A stretch of 42,281 nt of DNA from IMG/VR virus record IMGVR_UViG_2778261538_000003. One strand, 5' to 3'. The DNA comes from a virus (taxonomy: Duplodnaviria; Heunggongvirae; Uroviricota; Caudoviricetes). The notes beneath the pieces are model-generated. The model saw nothing but the letters and a program-made list of their open reading frames with translations. It was not told where the DNA came from and did no database searches. Made by a program: the position numbers and the translations under genes. Shown in pieces: positions 29,491 through 38,819 of the stretch (the first letter of the stretch is position 1; each line of letters starts with the position of its first letter).

Positions 29491-29519
29491 TTGACGCAAA
29501 ATCCCATAACGCATATAAA
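29491..29519 (+). promoter_or_regulatory. near-consensus sigma70 promoter (TTGACG - 17 bp - TATAAA)
   Basis: -35 at 29491-29496, -10 at 29514-29519; points into an ORF-free region; the spacer contains the 10-mer ATAACGCATA also found upstream of the CI-like gene. Confidence 0.5.
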
Positions 29520-29781
29520 TACGATGCCGCATAATTAATGCGTTTTTTAATACCAGCTCTTTAACAAACTGAACCGCGTGACAGGTAAGCCGCAGTACTC
29601 CTGGCAAAATGAAATGGCACCCGATGGGATCGAGGTAAGCGCCGAGTCCGTATGCGTACGGTAAGCGTAGAGGACAACACCGCGACGAACTGATAAGTCA
29701 CGCAAGTTGAAACGCCCCGACGATGGGGCGCTTAGTTCCTTTAACTCTGGGTGGCCGGAAGGGTACCCATGCTTAAAGAAA

Positions 29782-30351
29782 TTACTGGTTGTAAGGATCG
29801 TAATCCGTGATTGCCTTCCCCGGATTTTCATCTTCAGCAGGCAGTCTGGCCTCTAAAGCATTTCGGTTGAACAGATAGGAAGCCCTACAGTGCGAACAAA
29901 CCATATTAACGGCTCGCCCAAGGCCTGGCTTAATAACCAGACCTTCCGCTTGCAATATAGATTTTCTCTTTTGCTCGTAGCAATTGGGACAAATATAAAC
30001 CGGAGATTGGTCAGTATCTGCAGAAAGCTTGCTGCGATAGACCAGAGTACCCCGCATAGGCTGGTAAAGTTCATAGCTCGCCGCTTCAGCGGCCCAGTTC
30101 TCTTGCTTTACTTTCTCATTTTCCAGTTCAACAATTTTCTCCTTAGCCGCAATCAGCAGCTCCTGAAGCGACATTTGCTGCATCTGAACATCCATTAGCT
30201 TATCGAGTAAGGTGTGCGTCTTCTCTTTAACTGCATAGTCGACAGTCAGATTCTGAATCTCTCTTGCTGCTCCAACCGCGCCTTTAATTGCTCCTCCCAC
30301 GCCGGATAACGATTCAGTTATCCGGGAAAGAATTCCTTTTTCTTCAGACAT
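29782..30351 (-). CDS. hypothetical coiled-coil protein with C-terminal CxxC...CxxC zinc ribbon
   Basis: 189 aa; ATG with GAGAG upstream; CPNCYEQ...CSHCRA; transcribed opposite to both the CI-like gene and the early-left operon. Confidence 0.5.
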   Translation of the reverse strand: MSEEKGILSRITESLSGVGGAIKGAVGAAREIQNLTVDYAVKEKTHTLLDKLMDVQMQQMSLQELLIAAKEKIVELENEKVKQENWAAEAASYELYQPMRGTLVYRSKLSADTDQSPVYICPNCYEQKRKSILQAEGLVIKPGLGRAVNMVCSHCRASYLFNRNALEARLPAEDENPGKAITDYDPYNQ

Positions 30352-30481
30352 ATCTAATCTCTCTCAAACTGTAGGGGTGAAGAGATATTAGACGATTTCT
30401 CACTGTAGGGGTACAAGGAGAACCACCTCGCCTGATGTGGTTAAAAGCAGGCACTCGATGATATCCATGTAATTGCTGTGT

Positions 30482-30507
30482 GTAGTCTTTGCCCGCCGCA
30501 AATGACG
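30482..30507 (+). terminator. rho-independent terminator preceding the early-left operon
   Basis: GCCCG-ccgcaaatga-CGGGC followed by TTTTTT on the plus strand. Confidence 0.6.
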
Positions 30508-30554
30508 GGCTTTTTTATGTCTGAAAGCGCACTCGCAACAGCGCGCTCCCCGAT

Positions 30555-30725
30555 ATGAAAAAAGGAATACAACCGATGAAACCTGAACACCTCTATCGAC
30601 TGACGGGGCGCGATGTTCTCCGTTATCGCCGTAAAAACTTCGATTTGATGACCGGTCTGGCCGTTGCCACTGCGCTCGGTCTGATCATCACTTTCATTCT
30701 CCTTGTAGCGAGGACCACAGTATGA
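30555..30725 (+). CDS. small membrane protein (56 aa), translationally coupled to the next gene
   Basis: Hand-translated [56 protein letters not shown]; its stop overlaps the downstream start (ATGA); below the ORF-track size cutoff. Confidence 0.3.
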   Translation: MKKGIQPMKPEHLYRLTGRDVLRYRRKNFDLMTGLAVATALGLIITFILLVARTTV

Positions 30726-31624
30726 GTTTAGAAACCAGTCTCGAACTTAATAATCAACTTCTGGCACAACATAATGCGCTGCTTGAACGTCTTATCCGCA
30801 CAATGGCATCAGGTATTGTTATGCATCCTGACACGATTTCACGAGTGCAGGAATGTCGGGATACAGCAACTGAAACTGAAAATATGTCAGCGGCAATGAC
30901 ACTGGATGATCTGGAGTTCAGCGACGTTATCGCACTGGCTGGTTTCTACCCAGTAGCCACCCCTATCACAGAAGACATGCTGCAACGTGCTGTTGCCTAC
31001 CGTGATGCTGAAGGCGATAAACGAGTAGTTCAGATTGATGCTCTCGACAGCGCATTGCAGGGCGTCAAACGAGCCAGGGCGCTGCTTAAACCTGCTCTCC
31101 TGGACCTGTCCCGTAACATCCTTAAGTTCTGGGACGACCTGCCAACCATCGGCGAGCGACGTGCTTTTGCCGAGCAGCTACTTGATGCACCTGCGGATGG
31201 GCGTGATGAAGTTAAGCCGAAAAAGGCCAGTAACAAAGATGGAGAACGCACGGGGCCGTTTTACGTCAAAAATGTATCCGGCACAGCAGCCAGTGAACTC
31301 CACACCTTACGCAAGTTGAACGAGATGCTGAAAAAAGGCCATATCGAGACCAACCGTGTTGAGTACCTTCAGCTGCAGGAAGAATTTGCACGCAGAGACA
31401 CAGCAAATTCCAGCCAGAATAATGACGCCAAAGATGACCATACAATTGATTTCGCGGCACTACGCAAACAAGCTGAAGGGTTGATCCTCCAGTTAGCAAA
31501 AGGGGGTTACCGGGCAGAAGCTATTGCAATTCTGGAAAAACAGGGAGCCAGGAAACTTGGTGAAGTAACGGATGAAAATCTCGCTGAAGTAATCACCCTG
31601 GCTGAAAAAGCACTGGAGGGTTAA
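30722..31624 (+). CDS. hypothetical protein (early operon)
   Basis: 300-aa acidic ORF, first large gene of the plus-strand early operon; no family recognised. Confidence 0.5.
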   Translation: MSLETSLELNNQLLAQHNALLERLIRTMASGIVMHPDTISRVQECRDTATETENMSAAMTLDDLEFSDVIALAGFYPVATPITEDMLQRAVAYRDAEGDKRVVQIDALDSALQGVKRARALLKPALLDLSRNILKFWDDLPTIGERRAFAEQLLDAPADGRDEVKPKKASNKDGERTGPFYVKNVSGTAASELHTLRKLNEMLKKGHIETNRVEYLQLQEEFARRDTANSSQNNDAKDDHTIDFAALRKQAEGLILQLAKGGYRAEAIAILEKQGARKLGEVTDENLAEVITLAEKALEG

Positions 31625-31626
31625 TC

Positions 31627-32928
31627 ATGCCAGACGTTCATGCACAACTTTCTCCATCATCAGCGCATCGATGGATGCGCTGCCCAGGAAGTCTGGCGCT
31701 GGAGGCCACACAACCGGATAAAGAAACAACTTTTGCAATCGAGGGCACTGCAGCGCACGCGCTTGCTGAAAAAGTTCTACGAAACAGGCAAAGCCACCCG
31801 GAACACTACGCCGGATGCAATGTTTCTATGTTTCTCGGCTCATACCCCCTTCGCGAAAATCCTGATGATACATCTGGCCCACAGGTGGATGATGAAATGG
31901 TCGAAGCCGTTGGCCGGTATGTTGATACGGTCTGGACTCTTGCACAGAATAATGAACTATTGGTTGAACAACGTGTTGATTTCTCACATATAACGGGTGT
32001 GGAAGAATCTTTCGGAACTGCCGACGGCATAATCATCGCTGGTAGCGAATTACAAATCCACGACCTGAAATATGGCAAAGGCGTCCGCATTGATGCAGAA
32101 CAAAATGAGCAACTACAACTGTATGCTCTGGGTGCTCTCGAACAATTCAGCATGCTGTATGACTTTGAGACTGTAAGATTATTTATTCACCAGCCAAGGC
32201 TCAACCACGTTTCAGAATGGTCGTTAACCGTGCAGGAACTTCAGTCTTTCGGTAAACGAGCACAGGAGGCCGCAACCAGTGCGATCCTTGTTCTCAATAT
32301 TGCTGAATGCGAAGGCATTGAGACACTACCGCTGGAAAACTTCATACCTGGAGAAAAGCAGTGCCGCTTCTGTAAAGCAAAAGCTATTTGCACTGCCCAG
32401 AAAATGCAGCATTTACAAACAGCGGCCAGCGACTTTGAAGATCTGACAAAGCCTGTCAGCGAAATAATCACCAATGCCAGCGCACGTGTACCTCTGTTAA
32501 CCATTGAGCAGCTTGCGGAGATCTATAGCCAGGCCGACTTTATTGAGTCCTGGCTAAAGGCAGTACGGGACCGGGTTCACAATGAACTCAATGCCGGACA
32601 TCCGGTACCGGGGTTTAAACTGGTAACAGGAAAACAAGGTAACCGGGCCTGGAGTGATGAAGAGGCAGCTCGCGCACTTCTGAAGGACCAGTTCAGGTAC
32701 AAAACTGAAGAAGTATTCGACTTTAAACTTATTAGTCCCACAAAAGCCGAAAAACTTATCAAAAAGGCCAGTCCACGCCGTTGGTCAAAAGTCGAGGCAC
32801 TGATAACACGAGCTGATGGTAAACCAACCGTCGTTCCCGAGTCAGACCCACGCCCCGCACTCAATATCAACCCTGTAAATGATTTCGACGACGTATCCGA
32901 CGATACGCTAACCGCAGACCTCATCTGA
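31627..32928 (+). CDS. Cas4/RecB-like PD-(D/E)xK nuclease (DUF2800-type)
   Basis: N-terminal Cys (MRCPGS), IHDLKYGKG core and C-terminal [10 protein letters not shown] cluster fit the Cas4-like nuclease Fe-S pattern; commonly paired with DUF2815 and PolA. Confidence 0.75.
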   Translation: MPDVHAQLSPSSAHRWMRCPGSLALEATQPDKETTFAIEGTAAHALAEKVLRNRQSHPEHYAGCNVSMFLGSYPLRENPDDTSGPQVDDEMVEAVGRYVDTVWTLAQNNELLVEQRVDFSHITGVEESFGTADGIIIAGSELQIHDLKYGKGVRIDAEQNEQLQLYALGALEQFSMLYDFETVRLFIHQPRLNHVSEWSLTVQELQSFGKRAQEAATSAILVLNIAECEGIETLPLENFIPGEKQCRFCKAKAICTAQKMQHLQTAASDFEDLTKPVSEIITNASARVPLLTIEQLAEIYSQADFIESWLKAVRDRVHNELNAGHPVPGFKLVTGKQGNRAWSDEEAARALLKDQFRYKTEEVFDFKLISPTKAEKLIKKASPRRWSKVEALITRADGKPTVVPESDPRPALNINPVNDFDDVSDDTLTADLI

Positions 32929-32943
32929 TTTAAGGAAATACCC

Positions 32944-33492
32944 ATGAAACTGAAGCTGAACAATGTTCGTCTGGCCTTCCCGTCTCTGTTTGAAGCTAAA
33001 ACTGTAAACGGCGAAGGCGATCCGCGTTTCTCCGCAGTATTTTTAATGTCTCCCAAACACCCACAACTGGAAGAAATCCGTAAAGCTATGAAGCAGGTAG
33101 CGAAGGAAAAATGGGGAGAGAAGTGGGAGCCCATTTATAACCAGCTGGAGAAAAAACTCAATCTGTGCCTGCATGATGGTGATGAAAAAGCAGAGTATGA
33201 AGGCTTCCCCGGCAATTTCTTCCTGAATGCTGCTAACAAAGCGCGCCCAGCTGTTCTTGATCGCGATCGTTCGCCACTTATTCAGGCTGACGGACGTCCT
33301 TATGCAGGGTGCTATGTAAACGCCGTTATCGATATCTGGGCACAGGACAATAATTTCGGTAAACGCATTAATGCCTCACTCGGCGGAGTCCAGTTCCTGC
33401 GAGACGGCGATGCATTCGCTGGCGGCGGAGTGGCAAGCGCTGACGATTTCGACGATATCAGCGAAGGTGCTGATGCTGAAGCACTAATTTAA
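32944..33492 (+). CDS. SSB-like protein (DUF2815-type) with acidic C-terminal tail
   Basis: 182 aa; acidic tail ...ADDFDDISEGADAEALI resembles SSB C-termini; sits between the nuclease and polymerase. Confidence 0.6.
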   Translation: MKLKLNNVRLAFPSLFEAKTVNGEGDPRFSAVFLMSPKHPQLEEIRKAMKQVAKEKWGEKWEPIYNQLEKKLNLCLHDGDEKAEYEGFPGNFFLNAANKARPAVLDRDRSPLIQADGRPYAGCYVNAVIDIWAQDNNFGKRINASLGGVQFLRDGDAFAGGGVASADDFDDISEGADAEALI

Positions 33493-33544
33493 CCCTACTT
33501 CATAGACGCCCGGTTAAACACCGGGCTACTGATTAGGCGTATAA

Positions 33545-34174
33545 TCACTCAGGAATCTTAATCTTTCTCAATTCTTTATTTAGTTCACAGATCTTTTTCT
33601 TAGACGGGAAAGTATCATACATCCAAAAACCAACAGTCTCTAAAACTATTATCATAACCATATACACAAGATAATTTAAAAGGCCTTCATTTTGCCCTAT
33701 GGAAATAATGCAGATAATAGAAAAAAGGGTAAACAGCACAAAACACAGAAAGGAAAACAGACGACTAATAATAAATAAAAAACCTGAAAAATCAACATTA
33801 ATAAAAAACACTCCGTTATCTTTCTCTATATAATTCTGAAGCTTAATCAACTGATTTATATACTGTCTTTTTTCTAATCTATTGCAAATGTAAATAACAT
33901 CTCTTCGGTTATAAGAGGATTGCAATTTCAGCGCATCACGAATAATTTTATCATTTATTCTTTTTTCTATGGCTTTCTTATCCTCCTTATCCAGATAACG
34001 TTCATACTTAATTAAATATAAAATTAACTTCTTGACATATTTAGGCTCTTTATACTTATAATTAAAAATGATCTTTCTTATCCAGACTCCCATAACAATC
34101 AAACATGAAAAAATATATCCAGCTATTTTCTCCAGATGCTCTGTATGGTCAATCAAGTATTGGATCATATGCAT
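33545..34174 (-). CDS. hypothetical membrane protein (very AT-rich cargo gene on the opposite strand)
   Basis: 209 aa, Lys/Ile/Tyr-rich with one N-terminal and two to three C-terminal hydrophobic helices; GC far below the flanking genes. Confidence 0.55.
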   Translation of the reverse strand: MHMIQYLIDHTEHLEKIAGYIFSCLIVMGVWIRKIIFNYKYKEPKYVKKLILYLIKYERYLDKEDKKAIEKRINDKIIRDALKLQSSYNRRDVIYICNRLEKRQYINQLIKLQNYIEKDNGVFFINVDFSGFLFIISRLFSFLCFVLFTLFSIICIISIGQNEGLLNYLVYMVMIIVLETVGFWMYDTFPSKKKICELNKELRKIKIPE

Positions 34175-34220
34175 AATTAATCTTTTAATCAGTTAATAGA
34201 ATAAAAACCTAGGTAAACAC

Positions 34221-36284
34221 ATGTCCAATATACTATGGGGCGACCTGGAAACCTATTGCGAAATCCCTATTACGAACGGTACCCATGCGTATGCCGAAGG
34301 CGTTGAAGTGATGCTTTTCGCATGGGCTATCAACGACGGGCCAGTAAACGTGTGGGATATCACTGCCGGTGGTGGTATTCCACACGGCTTATACGAAGCA
34401 ATCGCAGACCCTGAAACCCTGCTTTATTTCCATAACTCTCACTTCGACCGCACCGTTCTGCGTTATGCAATGCCGCGACTGGCACCGCCAGTCGAACGTT
34501 GGCGCGACACGATGGTGCAGGCGCTGGCGCACGGTCTCCCGGGGTCTCTGGGGGAACTCTGCGAAGTACTAGGCGTCCCGCAAGACAAAGCGAAGGACAA
34601 AGAAGGTAAAGCGCTGATCCAGCTGTTCTGTAAGCCACGTCCGAAAAACAGCAAACTGCGTCGGGCCACCAGTAAAACCCATCCGGAAGAATGGCGGCGC
34701 TTTGTTGCTTACGCCGGACTGGATATCGAAGCAATGCGTGAAGTCTATAAACGTCTGCCGAAGTGGAATTATCAGGGGACAGAGCTGGCGCTCTGGCATC
34801 GTGATCAGCAGATCAACGACCGGGGCGTCTGCATGGACATGCAACTCGCGCGCGCTGCGATCGAAGCGGTAGACCAGGAGCAAAAGCGCCTGGCAAAGCG
34901 TACACAGGAAATGACTGATGGCGAAGTGCAGGCAGCCACACAACGGGACGCGTTGATTAAGCACATCGTTGAATCCTACGGTGTGGAGCTACCAGACATG
35001 CAACGCAGTACCCTGGAACGTCGTATGGCCGACCCCGATTTATCATCTGCCGTGAAAGAACTGCTGGCTATCCGCCTGCAAGCCAGTACTACCAGCACCA
35101 GTAAATACAAGGCACTGATGAAAGGCGTAAGCCACGACGGGCGCTTACGCGGTACGCTACAGTTCTGCGGGGCGTCACGTACCGGTCGTTGGGCCGGACG
35201 GCTATTCCAGCCCCAGAACCTTCCCCGCCCTTCACTAAAACAGGAACAAATAGACGAAGGCATCGAAGCACTGAAAGCCGGATGTGCAGACCTGCTGTTT
35301 GACAATATCATGGAACTAACCAGTTCAGCGTTACGTGGCTGCATTATCGCGCCAACAGGCAAAAAACTAGTGGTAAGTGACTTGTCAAACATTGAAGGCC
35401 GTATGCTGGCATGGCTGGCGGGAGAAGAATGGAAACTGAATGCATTCAGAGAGTATGACGCTGGAACGGGTCCGGACTTATATAAACTGGCGTATGCAAA
35501 AGCTTTCGATATTGCACCAGATGATGTTGATAAACACATGCGTCAGATCGGTAAAGTCATGGAACTCGGTCTGGGTTATGGAGGTGGTGTATCGGCTTTC
35601 ATCACTTTTGCTCTGGTTTACGGTCTCGATCTCGACGAGCTGGCGAACGCCGCACTGCCAAACATTCCCCGCGATGTTATCCGCGAGGCAAAAAGCTGGT
35701 ACGACGAATCGGTTAAGCGTAAGTCGACCTTTGGCCTGTCCGAGCGTGTATTCATCGCATGTGACTCGCTCAAGCGCCTGTGGCGCAGGGCGCACCCGGC
35801 GACCTGCGATTTCTGGTACGAGCTGGAGCGCACTGTCCGCACAGCAATCGCCACACCGCAAAAAACATTGTATTGCGGCTATCTTAAAATCCGACGTGAT
35901 GGCGCGTGGCTGCGCATACAGCTACCATCCGGACGCGCTGTATGCTACCCGTCTCCGGTTATCGAACAAGGGAATATCACCTACATGGGTGTTAACTCTT
36001 ATTCGCGTAAATGGCAACGACTCAAAACCTACGGCGGAAAGCTGGTGGAGAACGTCACCCAGGCGGCCGCCCGCGACGTTCTAGCCAGAAACATGCCGCT
36101 GATCGAGGGTGCCGGTTACAGCATTGTGCTAACGGTACACGACGAGGTGATCACCGAAGCACCAGACACAGAAGATTTCAACGATAAAGCGCTTTCCGCG
36201 CTTCTCTCCACTAACCCCGAATGGGCACCCGATATTCCGCTGAACGCTGGCGGCTTTGAGGCGTACCACTACAAAAAAGATTGA
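34221..36284 (+). CDS. family A DNA polymerase with 3'-5' proofreading exonuclease domain
   Basis: Exo I DLETY; motif [11 protein letters not shown]; motif [13 protein letters not shown]; motif C VHDEV. Confidence 0.92.
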   Translation: MSNILWGDLETYCEIPITNGTHAYAEGVEVMLFAWAINDGPVNVWDITAGGGIPHGLYEAIADPETLLYFHNSHFDRTVLRYAMPRLAPPVERWRDTMVQALAHGLPGSLGELCEVLGVPQDKAKDKEGKALIQLFCKPRPKNSKLRRATSKTHPEEWRRFVAYAGLDIEAMREVYKRLPKWNYQGTELALWHRDQQINDRGVCMDMQLARAAIEAVDQEQKRLAKRTQEMTDGEVQAATQRDALIKHIVESYGVELPDMQRSTLERRMADPDLSSAVKELLAIRLQASTTSTSKYKALMKGVSHDGRLRGTLQFCGASRTGRWAGRLFQPQNLPRPSLKQEQIDEGIEALKAGCADLLFDNIMELTSSALRGCIIAPTGKKLVVSDLSNIEGRMLAWLAGEEWKLNAFREYDAGTGPDLYKLAYAKAFDIAPDDVDKHMRQIGKVMELGLGYGGGVSAFITFALVYGLDLDELANAALPNIPRDVIREAKSWYDESVKRKSTFGLSERVFIACDSLKRLWRRAHPATCDFWYELERTVRTAIATPQKTLYCGYLKIRRDGAWLRIQLPSGRAVCYPSPVIEQGNITYMGVNSYSRKWQRLKTYGGKLVENVTQAAARDVLARNMPLIEGAGYSIVLTVHDEVITEAPDTEDFNDKALSALLSTNPEWAPDIPLNAGGFEAYHYKKD

Positions 36285-36348
36285 TATAACTCACCTTATC
36301 GAGCTATGGCGACATGCTGAATTCGAGTAAATTAAAGGAACAATACTT

Positions 36349-37110
36349 ATGCAGGAACTAACTGAAATGCCGATCAACTATCCATACCCGAGAGAATCTT
36401 TTCCTGACTTTTTGAGGGAGTGTGGGTTCACCAATTTTTCCCACGAACAGCGTGAGACTTATGACTGCTATCGTTTAACGAATGGCGTAATTGTTAACCT
36501 TTACACCACCCGGACCATTCAGTTTCAAGGGAACCCTCAAGAACGTCCCAATGTTGAAACTGCAATAATGTCCCATTTAGGAACGCCCCCCACGGCAACA
36601 CCACTAGCCGTAGAACAGCCATCTGAGCTTCCCAAAAAGATATTCATTGTTCACGGCCATGACCATACTGCAAAGGAACAACTTGAGCTAATCCTTCATA
36701 AACTTGGATTACCAGACCATTTCATTTTGCAGAATACGGGAGGGACTGGACTCACCATTATTGAAGAGCTTGAACGTGAAATTGGGCAAGGACAAACTGC
36801 TACTCGTTTCGGGATTGTTCTTTTGACACCTGATGATATGGGATACTCAAAGCGCGCCGGTGAAGCAGAAATCCAACCCCGCGCAAGACAGAACGTTGTA
36901 CTCGAGATGGGTATGCTTCTTTCGTCCTTAGGGCGCAGCAATGTAGCAATCCTTCAGAAACAGCACCTAGAACAGCCTTCTGATGCTAACGGGATTTTGT
37001 ATCTGAATTTCAACGACCATGTACGTGAAACAGTTCCTCGTCTAGTGCAACGGTTACAAAATTCTGGTTTCGAATTTACACAAGCTCAAATAGCTAACGC
37101 TTCCTCGTAA
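36349..37110 (+). CDS. TIR-like domain protein (COG4271-type) with unknown N-terminal domain
   Basis: C-terminal half carries KIFIVHGHD ... FGIVLLTPDD ... RARQNVVLEMGML ... VAIL, matching the TIR-like nucleotide-binding fold as recalled; own terminator downstream. Confidence 0.6.
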   Translation: MQELTEMPINYPYPRESFPDFLRECGFTNFSHEQRETYDCYRLTNGVIVNLYTTRTIQFQGNPQERPNVETAIMSHLGTPPTATPLAVEQPSELPKKIFIVHGHDHTAKEQLELILHKLGLPDHFILQNTGGTGLTIIEELEREIGQGQTATRFGIVLLTPDDMGYSKRAGEAEIQPRARQNVVLEMGMLLSSLGRSNVAILQKQHLEQPSDANGILYLNFNDHVRETVPRLVQRLQNSGFEFTQAQIANASS

Positions 37111-37132
37111 TTACCCCCTTATTGTTGATTAC

Positions 37133-37159
37133 AACCCTGCATTGCGGGGTTTTTTATTT
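37133..37159 (+). terminator. rho-independent terminator after the TIR-like gene
   Basis: AACCCTGC-att-GCGGGGTT followed by TTTTTTATTT. Confidence 0.7.
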
Positions 37160-37345
37160 GGGAATAAAAACCCTATGTCATTTAAATACCGGGACAGTCC
37201 GCTTTATTACCGGACTGCGCGGGAGGCTTTGCGCCTTGAACAGTCCAGCGGGTACGACCGGGCGATGCAGGTCTGGGCCAAAGCGAACGTCGGTTTGATT
37301 TTTGTCTGATGCAGAACATGCGCGAAAAGCGTAAGGAGGTGGACG

Positions 37346-37540
37346 ATGTCTAATATCGATAATAAAGGTTGGGGGTTCCCCGCCCTGTCGAAAAAAGCAC
37401 ATTTCTTTAATTCGGGGGAAGCCATATCACTATGCGGAAAATGGATGTTCACAGGTATCAGGATTGACGAATGGCATGACCATCCTGAGAACTGCGCTAT
37501 CTGCATGAAGAAACGCAAAAAGCAGGAAGGCGAAAGCTAA
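37346..37540 (+). CDS. small Cys-containing protein (possible zinc-binding)
   Basis: 64 aa with Cys/His scattered (CGKWMF...HPENCAICMKKRKK); stop overlaps the start of the VRR-NUC gene. Confidence 0.4.
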   Translation: MSNIDNKGWGFPALSKKAHFFNSGEAISLCGKWMFTGIRIDEWHDHPENCAICMKKRKKQEGES

Positions 37541-37824
37541 TGGCCTATGAACGTGAAAACCTAATCGAAAAGCACCTCGTCGCTGAAGTAAAAAAGGCTG
37601 GCGGGGTTGCCTTTAAGTTCGTATCTCCCGGTCTCCGCTCGGTACCAGATCGCATTGTTCTGCTACCCGGCGGTCGCATCGTCTTTGTCGAATGCAAAGC
37701 ACCAGGCAAACCACCACGACCTGATCAGTTGCGCGAGCATGAACGTCTGCGAAAACTGGGCTTTACCGTGGTAGTACTGGATAGTAAGGAGCTTTCATGT
37801 ATATTAGGCAAAAAATTACAATAG
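37540..37824 (+). CDS. VRR-NUC domain nuclease
   Basis: 94 aa with PD-(D/E)xK-like core (VPDRIVLLPGGRIVFVECKAPG) and downstream Q...LG..V motif typical of VRR-NUC. Confidence 0.7.
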   Translation: MAYERENLIEKHLVAEVKKAGGVAFKFVSPGLRSVPDRIVLLPGGRIVFVECKAPGKPPRPDQLREHERLRKLGFTVVVLDSKELSCILGKKLQ

Positions 37825-37839
37825 GAGTCTGTGTAAGCT

Positions 37840-38757
37840 ATGGCTAAGCAACAAACGAAAGAAATAAACCAAGATGATGTAAAAGACAACAAAAATATGC
37901 CACCTCATATATGCGGCATTATTATGCCAATTGCGGACATAGAAGGTTATCCCACTGGACATTGGAGAAATGTTCATGACATTATTTGTGAAGCATCAAA
38001 TGATGCCGGATTCAAGGCAAATTTGGTAAGTTCAGATGATGATGTTGCAGTAATACAAAAACGAATTGTTCAAAATCTTTATGAAAACCCCATAGTTGTT
38101 TGCGATATAAGTGCTCGAAACGCTAATGTAATGTTTGAATTAGGAATGCGTCTCGCATTTGACAAACCGACCGTAATTATTAAGGACGAGCGCACTCCTT
38201 ATAGCTTTGACATTTCATCAATTGAACATTTAGAGTACCCTTCGGATTTAAGATACCAATCAATCAATTTATTCAAAGAAAGACTTGCGAGCAAGATAAA
38301 AGAAACATATTTAAAGTCAGTAACTGATCCTGAATACACAACATTCCTCAAACATTTTGGCACTTTCAAAGTTGCACAACTAGACCAGAAAGAAGTATCA
38401 GAAACTGAGTATCTGGCATCTGAGATTAAAGATATCAAATCATTATTGATATCTCTTAGGGCAACAGCAACGACAAAATCCAGATTTTTCGACTCACCGA
38501 AAAATTACTCGCAGCAGGAAATTGACAACTCTGTAGATATTATTAAAAATGGAGTTGCCAGTTATACTATAAGGAGTGAAGGATTTAGTATATCAAAATC
38601 AGCACTAGAAAAGTTACGCCAAAGACTACACAACGCAGGATTTCAAGTCGAGCAAATAGTATTGACAGGAAAAGAAGTAATTATTCATCTGTCATCACCT
38701 TTAATAAATGAAGAAGAAAATATTTTTAAAGATGCAATAGTAACAGCACTATTATAA
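37840..38757 (+). CDS. NDT/TIR-superfamily domain protein with unknown C-terminal domain (AT-rich cargo gene)
   Basis: N-terminal ...NPIVVCDISARNANVMFELGMRLAFDKPTVII resembles the nucleoside 2-deoxyribosyltransferase-like / TIR-like catalytic strand-Glu motif; low GC; own hairpin terminator. Confidence 0.55.
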   Translation: MAKQQTKEINQDDVKDNKNMPPHICGIIMPIADIEGYPTGHWRNVHDIICEASNDAGFKANLVSSDDDVAVIQKRIVQNLYENPIVVCDISARNANVMFELGMRLAFDKPTVIIKDERTPYSFDISSIEHLEYPSDLRYQSINLFKERLASKIKETYLKSVTDPEYTTFLKHFGTFKVAQLDQKEVSETEYLASEIKDIKSLLISLRATATTKSRFFDSPKNYSQQEIDNSVDIIKNGVASYTIRSEGFSISKSALEKLRQRLHNAGFQVEQIVLTGKEVIIHLSSPLINEEENIFKDAIVTALL

Positions 38758-38770
38758 ATAACATTTTTAA

Positions 38771-38804
38771 AACAACAAAAGGTCTAAATTGGCCTTTTGT
38801 TGTT
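38771..38804. terminator. long hairpin, probable bidirectional terminator
   Basis: AACAACAAAAGGTC-taaatt-GGCCTTTTGTTGTT, a 14-bp stem with T-rich arms, immediately after the AT-rich gene and before the helicase RBS. Confidence 0.6.
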
Positions 38805-38819
38805 TAGGAGCCATATTAT

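Noticed and set aside
29547-29831. 94-codon minus-strand ORF in the region downstream of the CI-like gene
   Set aside because: No SD, Arg/Ser-rich improbable composition, and it overlaps hairpins and repeats; the region is better explained as non-coding regulatory or RNA sequence.
36349-37110. Assignment of the TIR-like gene to Thoeris (ThsB), CBASS or Pycsar
   Set aside because: No ThsA-like, cyclase or cNMP-binding partner is present in the neighbourhood, so membership of a known multi-gene system is not supported.
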